DNA from: Myxococcota bacterium
GTDB taxonomy: Bacteria > Myxococcota_A > UBA9042 > PHBI01 > JACKFB01
Assembly: GCA_041389525.1 (NCBI GenBank)
Contig: JAWKRR010000022.1
Coordinates: 19,130 to 83,129 of the forward strand
Direction: 5' to 3'
Length of the DNA stretch: 64,000 nt
The notes under the pieces were generated by a model. The model did no database searches. It was not told where the DNA came from and was given only the letters and a program-made list of their open reading frames with translations. A program made the position numbers and the translations under genes. Shown here piece by piece: positions 46,016-53,708 of the stretch; position 1 is the stretch's first letter; the number at the start of each line of letters is the position of its first letter.

Positions 46016-46633
46016 TTAGGGGCTCATCGCGGTGCGGACCGGGGTGCTGGCGGCGCGGGAGCCGCTGTCGGGGCCTCGGAAGAACGCCATCGCGGCCTCG
46101 TACTGGGGTCGCTCGGCGGCCGCGCGCGCCTCGGAGATGGGGCCGCGGAGCGACGGCGGGGTCAGCACCTCGCGCTTGAACTCGGTCAGCCCGCCCTCGA
46201 GCACGCGCACGTTGGCGTGCCCGCGGCGCGCGAGCTCGGCCCAGGCCTGGCCGGGGTGCACCATGCCGTTGGAGGTCAGGACCACCAGCTTGCCCTCGGC
46301 CTCGGCGAGCAGGGCCGCGCCGTCATCGCCGAGCAGGACCGGCACCGTCATATTGACCGCTCCCGGCAAATGCCACGCGGCATATTCTTCGACCGGGCGC
46401 ACGTCGACCACCACGGTGTCGCCTTGCTGCGCGAGCATTCGGTCGGCCAGGGCGCGCGGGGTGATGTGGTCGCCCTCGAGCTCGATCTGGGCGGCCCAGT
46501 CCGCACTCTCGCCGGCCTCTTGCCGTCCGGCGCCGTCGGCCAGCGCGATGATGAGGGCGACCGCGACCGCGGTGACCGCCATGGCAAAAACGATTCGCTT
46601 GCTGTCCATGAGCTTATCTGTCCTTGTGTTCAT
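46016..46633 (-). CDS. membrane-anchored single-domain rhodanese (sulfurtransferase)
   Basis: Start MNTRTDK (ATG 46633). TM 'IVFAMAVTAVAVALIIAL'. Rhodanese fold 'VVVDVRPVEEYAAWHLPGAVNM...VVLTSNGMVHPGQAWAEL'. The listed upstream ORF extension is Arg-rich noise. Confidence 0.7.
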   Translation of the reverse strand: MNTRTDKLMDSKRIVFAMAVTAVAVALIIALADGAGRQEAGESADWAAQIELEGDHITPRALADRMLAQQGDTVVVDVRPVEEYAAWHLPGAVNMTVPVLLGDDGAALLAEAEGKLVVLTSNGMVHPGQAWAELARRGHANVRVLEGGLTEFKREVLTPPSLRGPISEARAAAERPQYEAAMAFFRGPDSGSRAASTPVRTAMSP

Positions 46634-47241
46634 GCGGTTTGGCGGGCTTTCCACGCGACGAGCTTGTTGGAGCCGACGAAGGCTCCGATGGCGAGCACGA
46701 CCACGAGCAGCGCGGTCAGGCCCGGGGAGAGGCCGAAGGTGCCCGAGAGCGTCGAGACGCCCTGGGCGCCGGAGACGCTGAAGTCCTCGAGCGCGGGGAA
46801 GGCCAGGGCGTAGATGAGGCTGCCCAGCCCTGCGCCGCCCAGGAAAACCAAGGAGTCGCCGCGACCGCTCGCCGCGCCGACCAGGGCCGTGCCGGGGCAC
46901 CAGCCGCCCATCACGAAGCCGACGCCGAAGATGAGGCCGCCGGCGATCTGCGGCCAGAGGAAGGTCTCAAGCTGATACCACTGGGTCAGGTCGACCAGGC
47001 CGGCCGTCGACAGGGCCCGCGCGCCGAGCATCGCGACGACGATGGCGCTGAACATGACCTTGAAGACCGCGAAATCCTTGAGGTAGAAGATGGAGACCAG
47101 CTTGCGGCTGCTGCCGAAGCCGCTGCGCTCGAGGAAGAAGCCGAAGGCGACGCCGACCGCGGCCGCGACCAGCAGCGCGCGGCTCGTGTCCAGGGTGCCT
47201 TCGCTATAGAAAGTGCCGAGAAAGGCATCCATTAGGTCCAC
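46630..47241 (-). CDS. YeeE/YedE (DUF395) family sulfur-compound transporter half-protein
   Basis: 'GFVMGGWCPGTALVGAASG' is the conserved Cys-Pro motif of YeeE/YedE. Four or more TM helices. Stop/start overlaps the rhodanese gene. Confidence 0.75.
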   Translation of the reverse strand: MDLMDAFLGTFYSEGTLDTSRALLVAAAVGVAFGFFLERSGFGSSRKLVSIFYLKDFAVFKVMFSAIVVAMLGARALSTAGLVDLTQWYQLETFLWPQIAGGLIFGVGFVMGGWCPGTALVGAASGRGDSLVFLGGAGLGSLIYALAFPALEDFSVSGAQGVSTLSGTFGLSPGLTALLVVVLAIGAFVGSNKLVAWKARQTA

Positions 47242-47783
47242 TCCTTCCGGACAAAGTGCGCGGCGCCGAACGCTCCGGCGAAGATGGCGATCATGAAGGC
47301 CCAGCTGCCCGTGAACATCATGGCGCCACCGCTGAGCGCTTGGCCCGACGTGCAGCCCGCGGCGAGGCGGCTGGCGAACCCGACGAGGCCGCCGCCGACG
47401 GCCGCGAGGGTCAGGCGGAGGGCGACGGAGGCGCTAGGGCCGCGCTCGATGACCAGCTTGGTGCGGCGGGCGGCGAAGGCGGAGAGGAAGCCGCCGAGGA
47501 TGACGCCGAGGCTCATGAAGACGAGGTAGTTGGCGAGCGGGCTGCCGCCGTCGAACCAGCCGCCGGCGTAGGCGTTGGCCTCCATGGCGGCGGGGGCGAC
47601 GACGTGGGCGGCGACGACCGACAGGCGCGCGGGGGTGGCCGCGGCGCCGCGGCCGGTGCCCAGCATCATGTAGGAGGCCAGCAGGGTCAGGCCGAGGCCG
47701 GCGCCGCCGATGTACGGGTTCCAGTAGCGCTGCGCGCCCGGGGTGTCCGGCTGAACGGGCGCGGGGATGGTGGCTGTGGTCAT
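47232..47783 (-). CDS. YeeE/YedE (DUF395) family sulfur-compound transporter half-protein (second copy)
   Basis: ATG 47783 preceded by AGGAG. 'GFASRLAAGCTSGQALSGGAM' (CTSG motif). Overlaps the start of the downstream YeeE gene by 10 bp. Confidence 0.75.
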   Translation of the reverse strand: MTTATIPAPVQPDTPGAQRYWNPYIGGAGLGLTLLASYMMLGTGRGAAATPARLSVVAAHVVAPAAMEANAYAGGWFDGGSPLANYLVFMSLGVILGGFLSAFAARRTKLVIERGPSASVALRLTLAAVGGGLVGFASRLAAGCTSGQALSGGAMMFTGSWAFMIAIFAGAFGAAHFVRKEWT

Positions 47784-47794
47784 CGTGGGGCTCC

Positions 47795-49843
47795 TCAGCA
47801 ACCTGCGTTGCGCTTCTTGGTGGCGGGTTTGGGGGCGGGGGCGGCGGGGGCGGCGCGCGGGGCGGTCGTCGGGGGCGCGTAGGTCGCGGGCGTCGCGGTG
47901 ATGCCGGCGGGTGCTGCGCCGTCGCCGAGCTCGACCTGGTGGTAGTAGGCCGCGGTGCCGCCGGACAGCACGCGCAGCGACGGGGCCGCCGCGCCAAGCT
48001 GGTTCAGGACCGCGCCTGCCACCGAGAAGGCGACTGAGCCGTCGCGGTCGACGATGACGATGCGGCTACCCGCGGGGAGCGTCGCGAGGTGCCCGGCGAC
48101 GGCGCCCGGCTCGAGATTGACGGCGCCCGGGACGTGGTACTCGGCGAACTGCCACGGCGCGCGGACGTCGATGACCGCGTAGAGGCGCGGGGCGTCCATC
48201 AGCGCGGTCGCCAGGGCGTGGGCGTCGATGACCTCGGGCAGCAGCAGCAGGGGCGCCGCCGAGCCGCTGGCGGCCTGGGCTGGCGCGGCGACGGTGCCCT
48301 CGCCGGAGATCACGGGGCGCCCGGCGTCGACCCACGCGTGCAGTCCGCCCTCGAGGCTGCCGATATCGGTGAAGCCCTCGCGCTCGGCGAGGCCCACCGC
48401 CATGCTGCTGCGGTACGCCGAGTTGCACATCAGGACGACCGGCTTGGACTTGTCGAGGGTCTTGCCGAGGCGGTGGTACTGGTCGACCGGGATGTTCGCG
48501 TAGTTGCCCACGCGCTGCTCGGCGAACTCGCCGGCCGTGCGCACGTCGACGATCATCGGCTCGGCGCCGCGGGCCATGGCCTGCGCGAGGTCGGCGCCGT
48601 CGACCAACTTGCTGGTCCGCACCTCTTGCCCGGCGGCGCGCCACGCGTCGATGCCGCCCTCGACGAACCCGGTGATGCGGTCGTAGCCGACGCGGCGCAG
48701 GCGGAAGGTCGCCTCCTTGACCTCGTCCAGCGTTCCCAGCAGGTACAGGTCCTCGTCGAAGGGCACGACGATGCCGGTCCAGGTGTCGAGGCGGCCCCGC
48801 ACGGCGACGTTGATGGAGCCTTTGACGTGGCCGGCGGCGTAGCTGGCTTGGTCGCGCAGGTCCAGCAACCACGCGCCCTGCTTGAGCGCGGCGGCCACGC
48901 GGGCCGGAGTGCGGGCGGGCGGCGTCTGCTGGTCCCAATCCACCACGGGCGGCCCCTCGCGGTTCATCGCGACGTTGTACTTGAAGTACTGCGGCGCGAC
49001 GGGAAGGCCGCTGACCACCTTGGCCACGAAGGGGGCGCGGGCCGTCAACAGCAGGTAAGGATTGGTCTTCTTCTCGGCACCGATGGTCGAGCTGGTGTCG
49101 TCCGACAGGTGCGCGCCGCACAGCGAGCCGGCGCCGTGGCCGGGCAGGACCTTGGTGGCGTCGGGGAGGGTCTTCAGGCGCTGAATCGAGTCGAAGGCCA
49201 TGCTGGCGAGGACCGACGGGGTGATCTCGCCGCCGACCAGGTCGGGGCGGCCGATTCCGCCGATGAAGAGCGTGTCGCCGGTCAGGGCGTAGGCGGGCGA
49301 CGGGGTGGCGCCGGGCGCGCTGACCAGCACCGTCATGCTGTCGAGGGTGTGCCCGGGCGTGTCCCAGAAGGTGAGCTGCGCGTCGCCGATGGCCAGCCCG
49401 TCGCCGTCTCTCAGGGCGACGTAGGGGAAGGCCGAGTCACTCTTCGCGCTGATGTAGACCTTGGCGCCGAGGCGCTTGGCCAGCTCGGTGTGCCCGGCCA
49501 CGAAGTCGGCGTTCGTGTGGGTCAGGATGACCGCGGTGATTCGCACGCCGTGGGCTTCGGCGTCGCGAATGTAGTGGTCCACGTCGCGCTGCGGGTCGAC
49601 CACCGCCGCCTCGCCGCCCGACGCGATCAGGTAGCTGAGCTGCGACAGGCAGCCGAGCTCGTACTGGCGCATGAGGAAGTCGCCGTGGGCCTCCTCGAAG
49701 GCGACCTGCGGCGTGGCGGCCTTGTCGCCGTGAGTTGCCGCCTCCGCGTCCGAAGCCGCGAGGGCCGCGGGCGCTGTCAGCAGGGCTCCCAACAGCCCGA
49801 GGGCTGAGGCGAGAGCGGGGAGAGCTCGTGTGTTCGATTTCAT
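47795..49843 (-). CDS. persulfide dioxygenase (ETHE1-like MBL fold) fused to three rhodanese domains (Blh/CstB-like), secreted
   Basis: ATG 49843. Signal 'ALASALGLLGALLTAPAALA'. MBL 'VILTHTNADFVAGH...DTPGHTLDS...LPGHGAGSLCG'. Rhodanese modules 'LLDLRDQASYAAGHVKGSINV', 'IVDVRTAGEFAEQRVGNYANI...VLMCNSAYRSSMA', 'VIDVRAPWQFAEYHVPGAVNL'. The Arg-rich ORFs 48066..49121(-) and 48089..49807(+) are rejected. Confidence 0.8.
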   Translation of the reverse strand: MKSNTRALPALASALGLLGALLTAPAALAASDAEAATHGDKAATPQVAFEEAHGDFLMRQYELGCLSQLSYLIASGGEAAVVDPQRDVDHYIRDAEAHGVRITAVILTHTNADFVAGHTELAKRLGAKVYISAKSDSAFPYVALRDGDGLAIGDAQLTFWDTPGHTLDSMTVLVSAPGATPSPAYALTGDTLFIGGIGRPDLVGGEITPSVLASMAFDSIQRLKTLPDATKVLPGHGAGSLCGAHLSDDTSSTIGAEKKTNPYLLLTARAPFVAKVVSGLPVAPQYFKYNVAMNREGPPVVDWDQQTPPARTPARVAAALKQGAWLLDLRDQASYAAGHVKGSINVAVRGRLDTWTGIVVPFDEDLYLLGTLDEVKEATFRLRRVGYDRITGFVEGGIDAWRAAGQEVRTSKLVDGADLAQAMARGAEPMIVDVRTAGEFAEQRVGNYANIPVDQYHRLGKTLDKSKPVVLMCNSAYRSSMAVGLAEREGFTDIGSLEGGLHAWVDAGRPVISGEGTVAAPAQAASGSAAPLLLLPEVIDAHALATALMDAPRLYAVIDVRAPWQFAEYHVPGAVNLEPGAVAGHLATLPAGSRIVIVDRDGSVAFSVAGAVLNQLGAAAPSLRVLSGGTAAYYHQVELGDGAAPAGITATPATYAPPTTAPRAAPAAPAPKPATKKRNAGC

Positions 49844-49943
49844 GCGTACCTCGTGGCGTCCCGGTGCGCAGGGGCGTCGCTCGCCCGCTGAGCAGTTGCT
49901 CGGACCCGGCCGCCGGCGAGAGCCGTCGACCCGGTTCGGGCAA

Positions 49944-49979
49944 GATATACTCCTCAGTTGATTAGTCAAGGAGTGTATC
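49944..49979 (-). promoter_or_regulatory. AT-rich inverted repeat, candidate operator/promoter element upstream of the sulfide-detoxification operon
   Basis: GATATACTCCT-cagttgattagtca-AGGAGTGTATC: 10/11 matching inverted arms, a 14-bp spacer, and a strongly AT-rich sequence in ~70% GC DNA. It lies 100-135 bp upstream of the persulfide dioxygenase start codon. Confidence 0.35.
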
Positions 49980-50069
49980 AAGCGAACTCGGCCGACGCGG
50001 CACGCACGCACGCTTTTCCTAGCTGGCAGCAGGGGGAACGGCCGCGACCGCCCCCCTGCCCCGCGCCTG

Positions 50070-50537
50070 TTATGGGACAGGCGGTGTCGTGCTCAGCTCA
50101 GGATCGGGATCGTGGCGCACGCTCATCACCCGCACGCGGCGCGGCCCTTTCGGCGTCGGCCACGTGATGCTCTTCCCCTTAGGCATGCCCAGCAGCGCCG
50201 CCCCGATGGGCGCGAGCACCGACACGCGGCCCTTCTCCAGGTCCGACTCGACGGGATAGACCAGCGTGACCTCCCGCTCCTCGCGGGTGTCCTCGAAGCG
50301 GAACACACAGGTCGAGTGCATCCGCACGATGTCCGGCGGGACGGACTCCGCGTCGACGACCGTGGCTCGCGACAGCTCGTCGTCCAGCGCCTCCGCCAGC
50401 GCCGCCTGCGGACCTGACGCGTGTCGCTCGATGAGCCGCAGCAGGCGCTCGTAGTCCACCGTACTGACGGTAATCGCTGGGCTGTTCGCGGAGCGGCCGT
50501 CCTCGCGGGCGGTGGTGGTGGGTCGGGTCTGAGGCAT
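50070..50537 (-). CDS. GreA/GreB-family regulator (Rnk-like, regulator of nucleoside diphosphate kinase)
   Basis: 'VDYERLLRLIE...DIVRMHSTCVFRFEDTREEREVTLVYPVESDLEKGRVSVLAPIGAALLGMPKGKSITWPTPKGPRRVRV' matches the GreA/B C-terminal FKBP-like domain of Rnk. Confidence 0.7.
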   Translation of the reverse strand: MPQTRPTTTAREDGRSANSPAITVSTVDYERLLRLIERHASGPQAALAEALDDELSRATVVDAESVPPDIVRMHSTCVFRFEDTREEREVTLVYPVESDLEKGRVSVLAPIGAALLGMPKGKSITWPTPKGPRRVRVMSVRHDPDPELSTTPPVP

Positions 50538-51037
50538 GGTGGGGCTCCCTCACGCGCAGTGCGTGCGTTGAATCGATTCGACTCCTCCTCCGCCGGGGCG
50601 CCCGTCCAGGGCCGCACACGGTGAGAGGAACCGCCCCGCGCGGAGTGCGCGGGAACCTTCAAGCTAGCTCCCCGCGCGGGCGAGTCAAGCTCGGGGCAGC
50701 CCACCACGACCCGGTCCGCGGCCCCCCCGGCCCCACGCCGAATCTACCGGCACATCCCCGCCCACCGGCGGCAATTCCCCTCGGTTGACTCTCCGTCGCC
50801 GCGCGATAGCCTACGCCCTCAGTCCCGATATCCCTCGAGTGCTCCGTGACGAGGCGAGCCCGCGTGGCCGCAGCCGACGCGCGTTTGCGCGCCACCTCGC
50901 TCGTGTCGAACGCGAGAATCTCGAGAAAATCCGCCGGGAGGTGTCGATCCGCCCACCCGTCATTCGTCGTCCTCTTGAAGCGGCAGACCGCCCTTCGATC
51001 ACTAGCCCCCATTCGCTTGGGACAGGGAGAGTTCTCA

Positions 51038-51798
51038 TGAGCTACACGCCCGGCACCTTCTGCTGGTACGAGATCACCACCGGCGACCCCGCCAAGGCCC
51101 GCGCCTTCTACACGCGCGTCCTGGGCTGGGCCATCAACGACGTCGACATGGGGCCCATCGGCTCCTACCCGATGATCCTCAATGGCGAGACCCCCATCGG
51201 CGGGGTCGCGCCCTCCCCCGAAAACACCCCGAGCTTCTGGAACTGCTACATCGCGGTCGCCGACGTGGACGCCTCAGCGGCCGCGGTGCGCGAGCTCGGC
51301 GGCACCATCCACATGGGCCCCGAGGACATCCCGGGCGTGGGCCGCTTCGCCGTCGCCGCCGACCCCCAGGGTGCGGTGCTGACGCTCTTCAAGTCCGCGA
51401 ACGCCGAGCCCGAGGACACCGACCGCAGCGAGGGCGGCTTTCACTGGACCGAGCTGTGGGCCAAGGACGTCGACGCCGTCCTCCCCTTCTACAAGAAGGT
51501 GTTCGGCTTCGTCAGCAAGCCCATGGACATGCCGATGGGCACCTACCACGTGCTCGAGAAAGACGGCGTGCCCCGCGGCGGCGCGATGACCTCGACCCAC
51601 GCCGACGCCCCGCCCATGTGGCTGCCCTGGGTGAGCGTCGCCGACTGCGACGCCACCGCCGCCAAGGCCACCGCCGCCGGAGGCAAGCTGGTCGCCGAGC
51701 CCTTCGACGTGCCCGGCATCGGCCGCATGGCCATCGTCATCGACGCGACCGGCGCGGCCATCGGCGTCATCAAGCCCGCCCCCGAGTCGATGTCCTGA
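51038..51798 (+). CDS. two-module VOC-family (glyoxalase-like) protein
   Basis: ATG 51038. Repeated 'F(C/H)W.E(I/L)...D...A..FY..V(L/F)G' modules ('TFCWYEITTGDPAKARAFYTRVLGW', 'GFHWTELWAKDVDAVLPFYKKVFGF'). Confidence 0.7.
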
Positions 51799-51877
51799 CC
51801 CTCTCGATTCCCTAGGCAGAATCTCGCGAATTTCGCGTTCGCCACCCCAGACACGACCCGCTCAAGGAACCCAAATC

Positions 51878-52231
51878 ATGCAGTACATGTGCCTCATCTA
51901 CGCCGACCCCACCATCGCCAAGTCCATGACCCCCGCCGAGATGGGCGCCTACATGGGCGGCTATCGCGACTTCACCGAGTCCATCAAGACCTCCGGCGCC
52001 ATGATCGCCGGCGACGCGCTCCAGGGCGTGGAGACGGCGACCTCGGTCCGCGTCCGCGACGGCAAGACCGTGGTCACCGACGGCCCCTTCGCCGTCACCA
52101 AGGAGCACCTCGGCGGCTACTACCTCATCGAGGCGCCCGACCTGGACGCGGCCACGGCCATCGCGGCCCGCATCCCCTCGGCCAAGCACGGCACCATCGA
52201 GGTGCGGCCCGTCATGGTGTGGGATAAGTAG
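51878..52231 (+). CDS. YciI-like (YCII-related / DGPF) domain protein
   Basis: 'MQYMCLIYADP...DGPFAVTKEHLGGYYLIEAPDLDAATAIAARIP' is the hallmark DGPF/YCII motif. Confidence 0.75.
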   Translation: MQYMCLIYADPTIAKSMTPAEMGAYMGGYRDFTESIKTSGAMIAGDALQGVETATSVRVRDGKTVVTDGPFAVTKEHLGGYYLIEAPDLDAATAIAARIPSAKHGTIEVRPVMVWDK

Positions 52232-52239
52232 CCGCGCAT

Positions 52240-52274
52240 CGCCCGCCCGCGCGCCGTCAGGCCGCGGGCGGGCG
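52240..52274 (+). terminator. GC-rich hairpin between the yciI-like and ECF sigma genes (attenuator/terminator candidate, no T-tract)
   Basis: CGCCCGCCCGCG-cgccgtcagg-CCGCGGGCGGGCG: a 12-bp perfect stem. Confidence 0.3.
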
Positions 52275-52315
52275 AGCTCGCCGCCGAAAACGCCCCGCCA
52301 CTCCCGAGCTCAACC

Positions 52316-53596
52316 ATGCGCGCCGCCGCCGAGGTCGCTGTCGCGGTCGACCGCCTGTACCGCGCCGAATCGGGCCGCATCCTGGCCTCCCTCATCGCCT
52401 CCATCGGCGACTTCCAGCTCGCCCAAGACGTGCTGCAAGAGGCGCTGACCCTCGCCCTGACCCGCTGGGCCGCCGACGGCCTCCCCGCCAACCCGGCCGC
52501 CTGGGTCCACACCGCGGCCCGAAACCGCGCCATCGACCAGCTACGCCGCGGCGCCCGCTTCGCCGAGAAGTCCGCCGCCGTGGCCACCCTCGAGCGGCTG
52601 CGCGACGAGGAACGCCGGGAGGCCGAGGCCGTGGCCCGCGACGAGGTCCAGACCTTCCCCGATGAGCGCCTGCGCCTCATCTTCACCTGCTGCCACCCCG
52701 CCCTCAGCGGCCCGGCCCAGGTGGCGCTGACCCTGCGCGCCCTGTGCGGCCTGCAGACCGAGGAGATCGCCCGCGCCTTCCTGGTCCCCGCGACCACCAT
52801 GGCCCAGCGCCTGGTGCGCGCCAAGGCCAAGATCCGCCAAGCCGGCATCCCCTACCGCGTGCCCGACGCCGACCAGCTCGCCGAGCGCCTCGACGGCGTC
52901 CTGGGCGTCATCTACCTGGTCTTCAACGAGGGCTACCAAGCCTCCGCCGGCGCGCGATTGGTGAGGCGCGACCTGTGTGAAGAGGCCATTCGCCTGGGCC
53001 GGATGCTCCACCACTTGATGGAATCAACGCCCGAGATCGGCGGCTTGCTGGCCCTGATGCTGCTGCACGACGCGCGGCGCGAGGGGCGGGCCGACGCGCG
53101 CGGGCGCCTGATTTTGCTGGAGCAGCAGGACCGCGCGACCTGGGACCACGCGCAGATCGCCGAGGGGAAGGCCCTGGTCGAGGCGGCGCTGCGGCGGGGG
53201 CGGGTCGGCCCTTACCAGATTCAGGCGGCCATCGCGGCGCTCCACGCGGGGGCGGCGCGGGCGGAGGACACGGACTGGCCACAGATCGCCGCGCTCTACG
53301 GGTTGCTGGGGCGGGTGCAGCCCTCGCCGGTCATCGAGCTGAACCGGGCGGCGGCGGTGGCGATGGCGGAGGGGCCCGATCGCGGGCTGGCTTTACTCGA
53401 TGCGCTGCAGCGCGGGGGCGAGCTGGCGGACTACCCGTGGCTGCCGGCGGCGCAGGCGGATTTGCTGCGGCGCGCGGGTCGAACCGACGAGGCGCTGGCT
53501 GCCTATCGGCGGGCGCTGGCGCTGACGCAGAGCGAGCCGGAGCGGGAGTATTATCGCGAACGCATATGCGAGCTGGGGGGCGGGGCGTCGGGCTGA
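52316..53596 (+). CDS. ECF-type RNA polymerase sigma factor with C-terminal TPR-like extension (ECF42-like)
   Basis: Sigma2 'LYRAESGRILASLIASIGDFQLAQDVLQEALTLALTRW'. Sigma4 'RLIFTCCHPALSGPAQVALTLRALCGLQTEEIARAFLVPATTMAQRLVRAKAKIR'. About 230-aa C-terminal extension ending in TPR-like 'RTDEALAAYRRALALTQSEPEREYY'. The YCII/DGPF gene immediately upstream is the conserved ECF42 neighbour. Confidence 0.75.
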   Translation: MRAAAEVAVAVDRLYRAESGRILASLIASIGDFQLAQDVLQEALTLALTRWAADGLPANPAAWVHTAARNRAIDQLRRGARFAEKSAAVATLERLRDEERREAEAVARDEVQTFPDERLRLIFTCCHPALSGPAQVALTLRALCGLQTEEIARAFLVPATTMAQRLVRAKAKIRQAGIPYRVPDADQLAERLDGVLGVIYLVFNEGYQASAGARLVRRDLCEEAIRLGRMLHHLMESTPEIGGLLALMLLHDARREGRADARGRLILLEQQDRATWDHAQIAEGKALVEAALRRGRVGPYQIQAAIAALHAGAARAEDTDWPQIAALYGLLGRVQPSPVIELNRAAAVAMAEGPDRGLALLDALQRGGELADYPWLPAAQADLLRRAGRTDEALAAYRRALALTQSEPEREYYRERICELGGGASG

Positions 53597-53708
53597 GCGC
53601 GGCGCGGAAAAATCGGCGAGAAAGTTCAACGACGCTGTGCTAGGTCGCGAACAGAACCAGAGAGCCCCAATCCATCGACCGAACTTATTCCGCGCGCGGG
53701 AGAACACC

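Noticed and set aside
48066-49807. Long Arg-rich ORFs (48066..49121 minus, 48089..49807 plus) within the persulfide dioxygenase-rhodanese gene
   Set aside because: Off-frame or antisense readings with RRRG/GRR runs. The annotated frame has MBL His motifs and three rhodanese modules.
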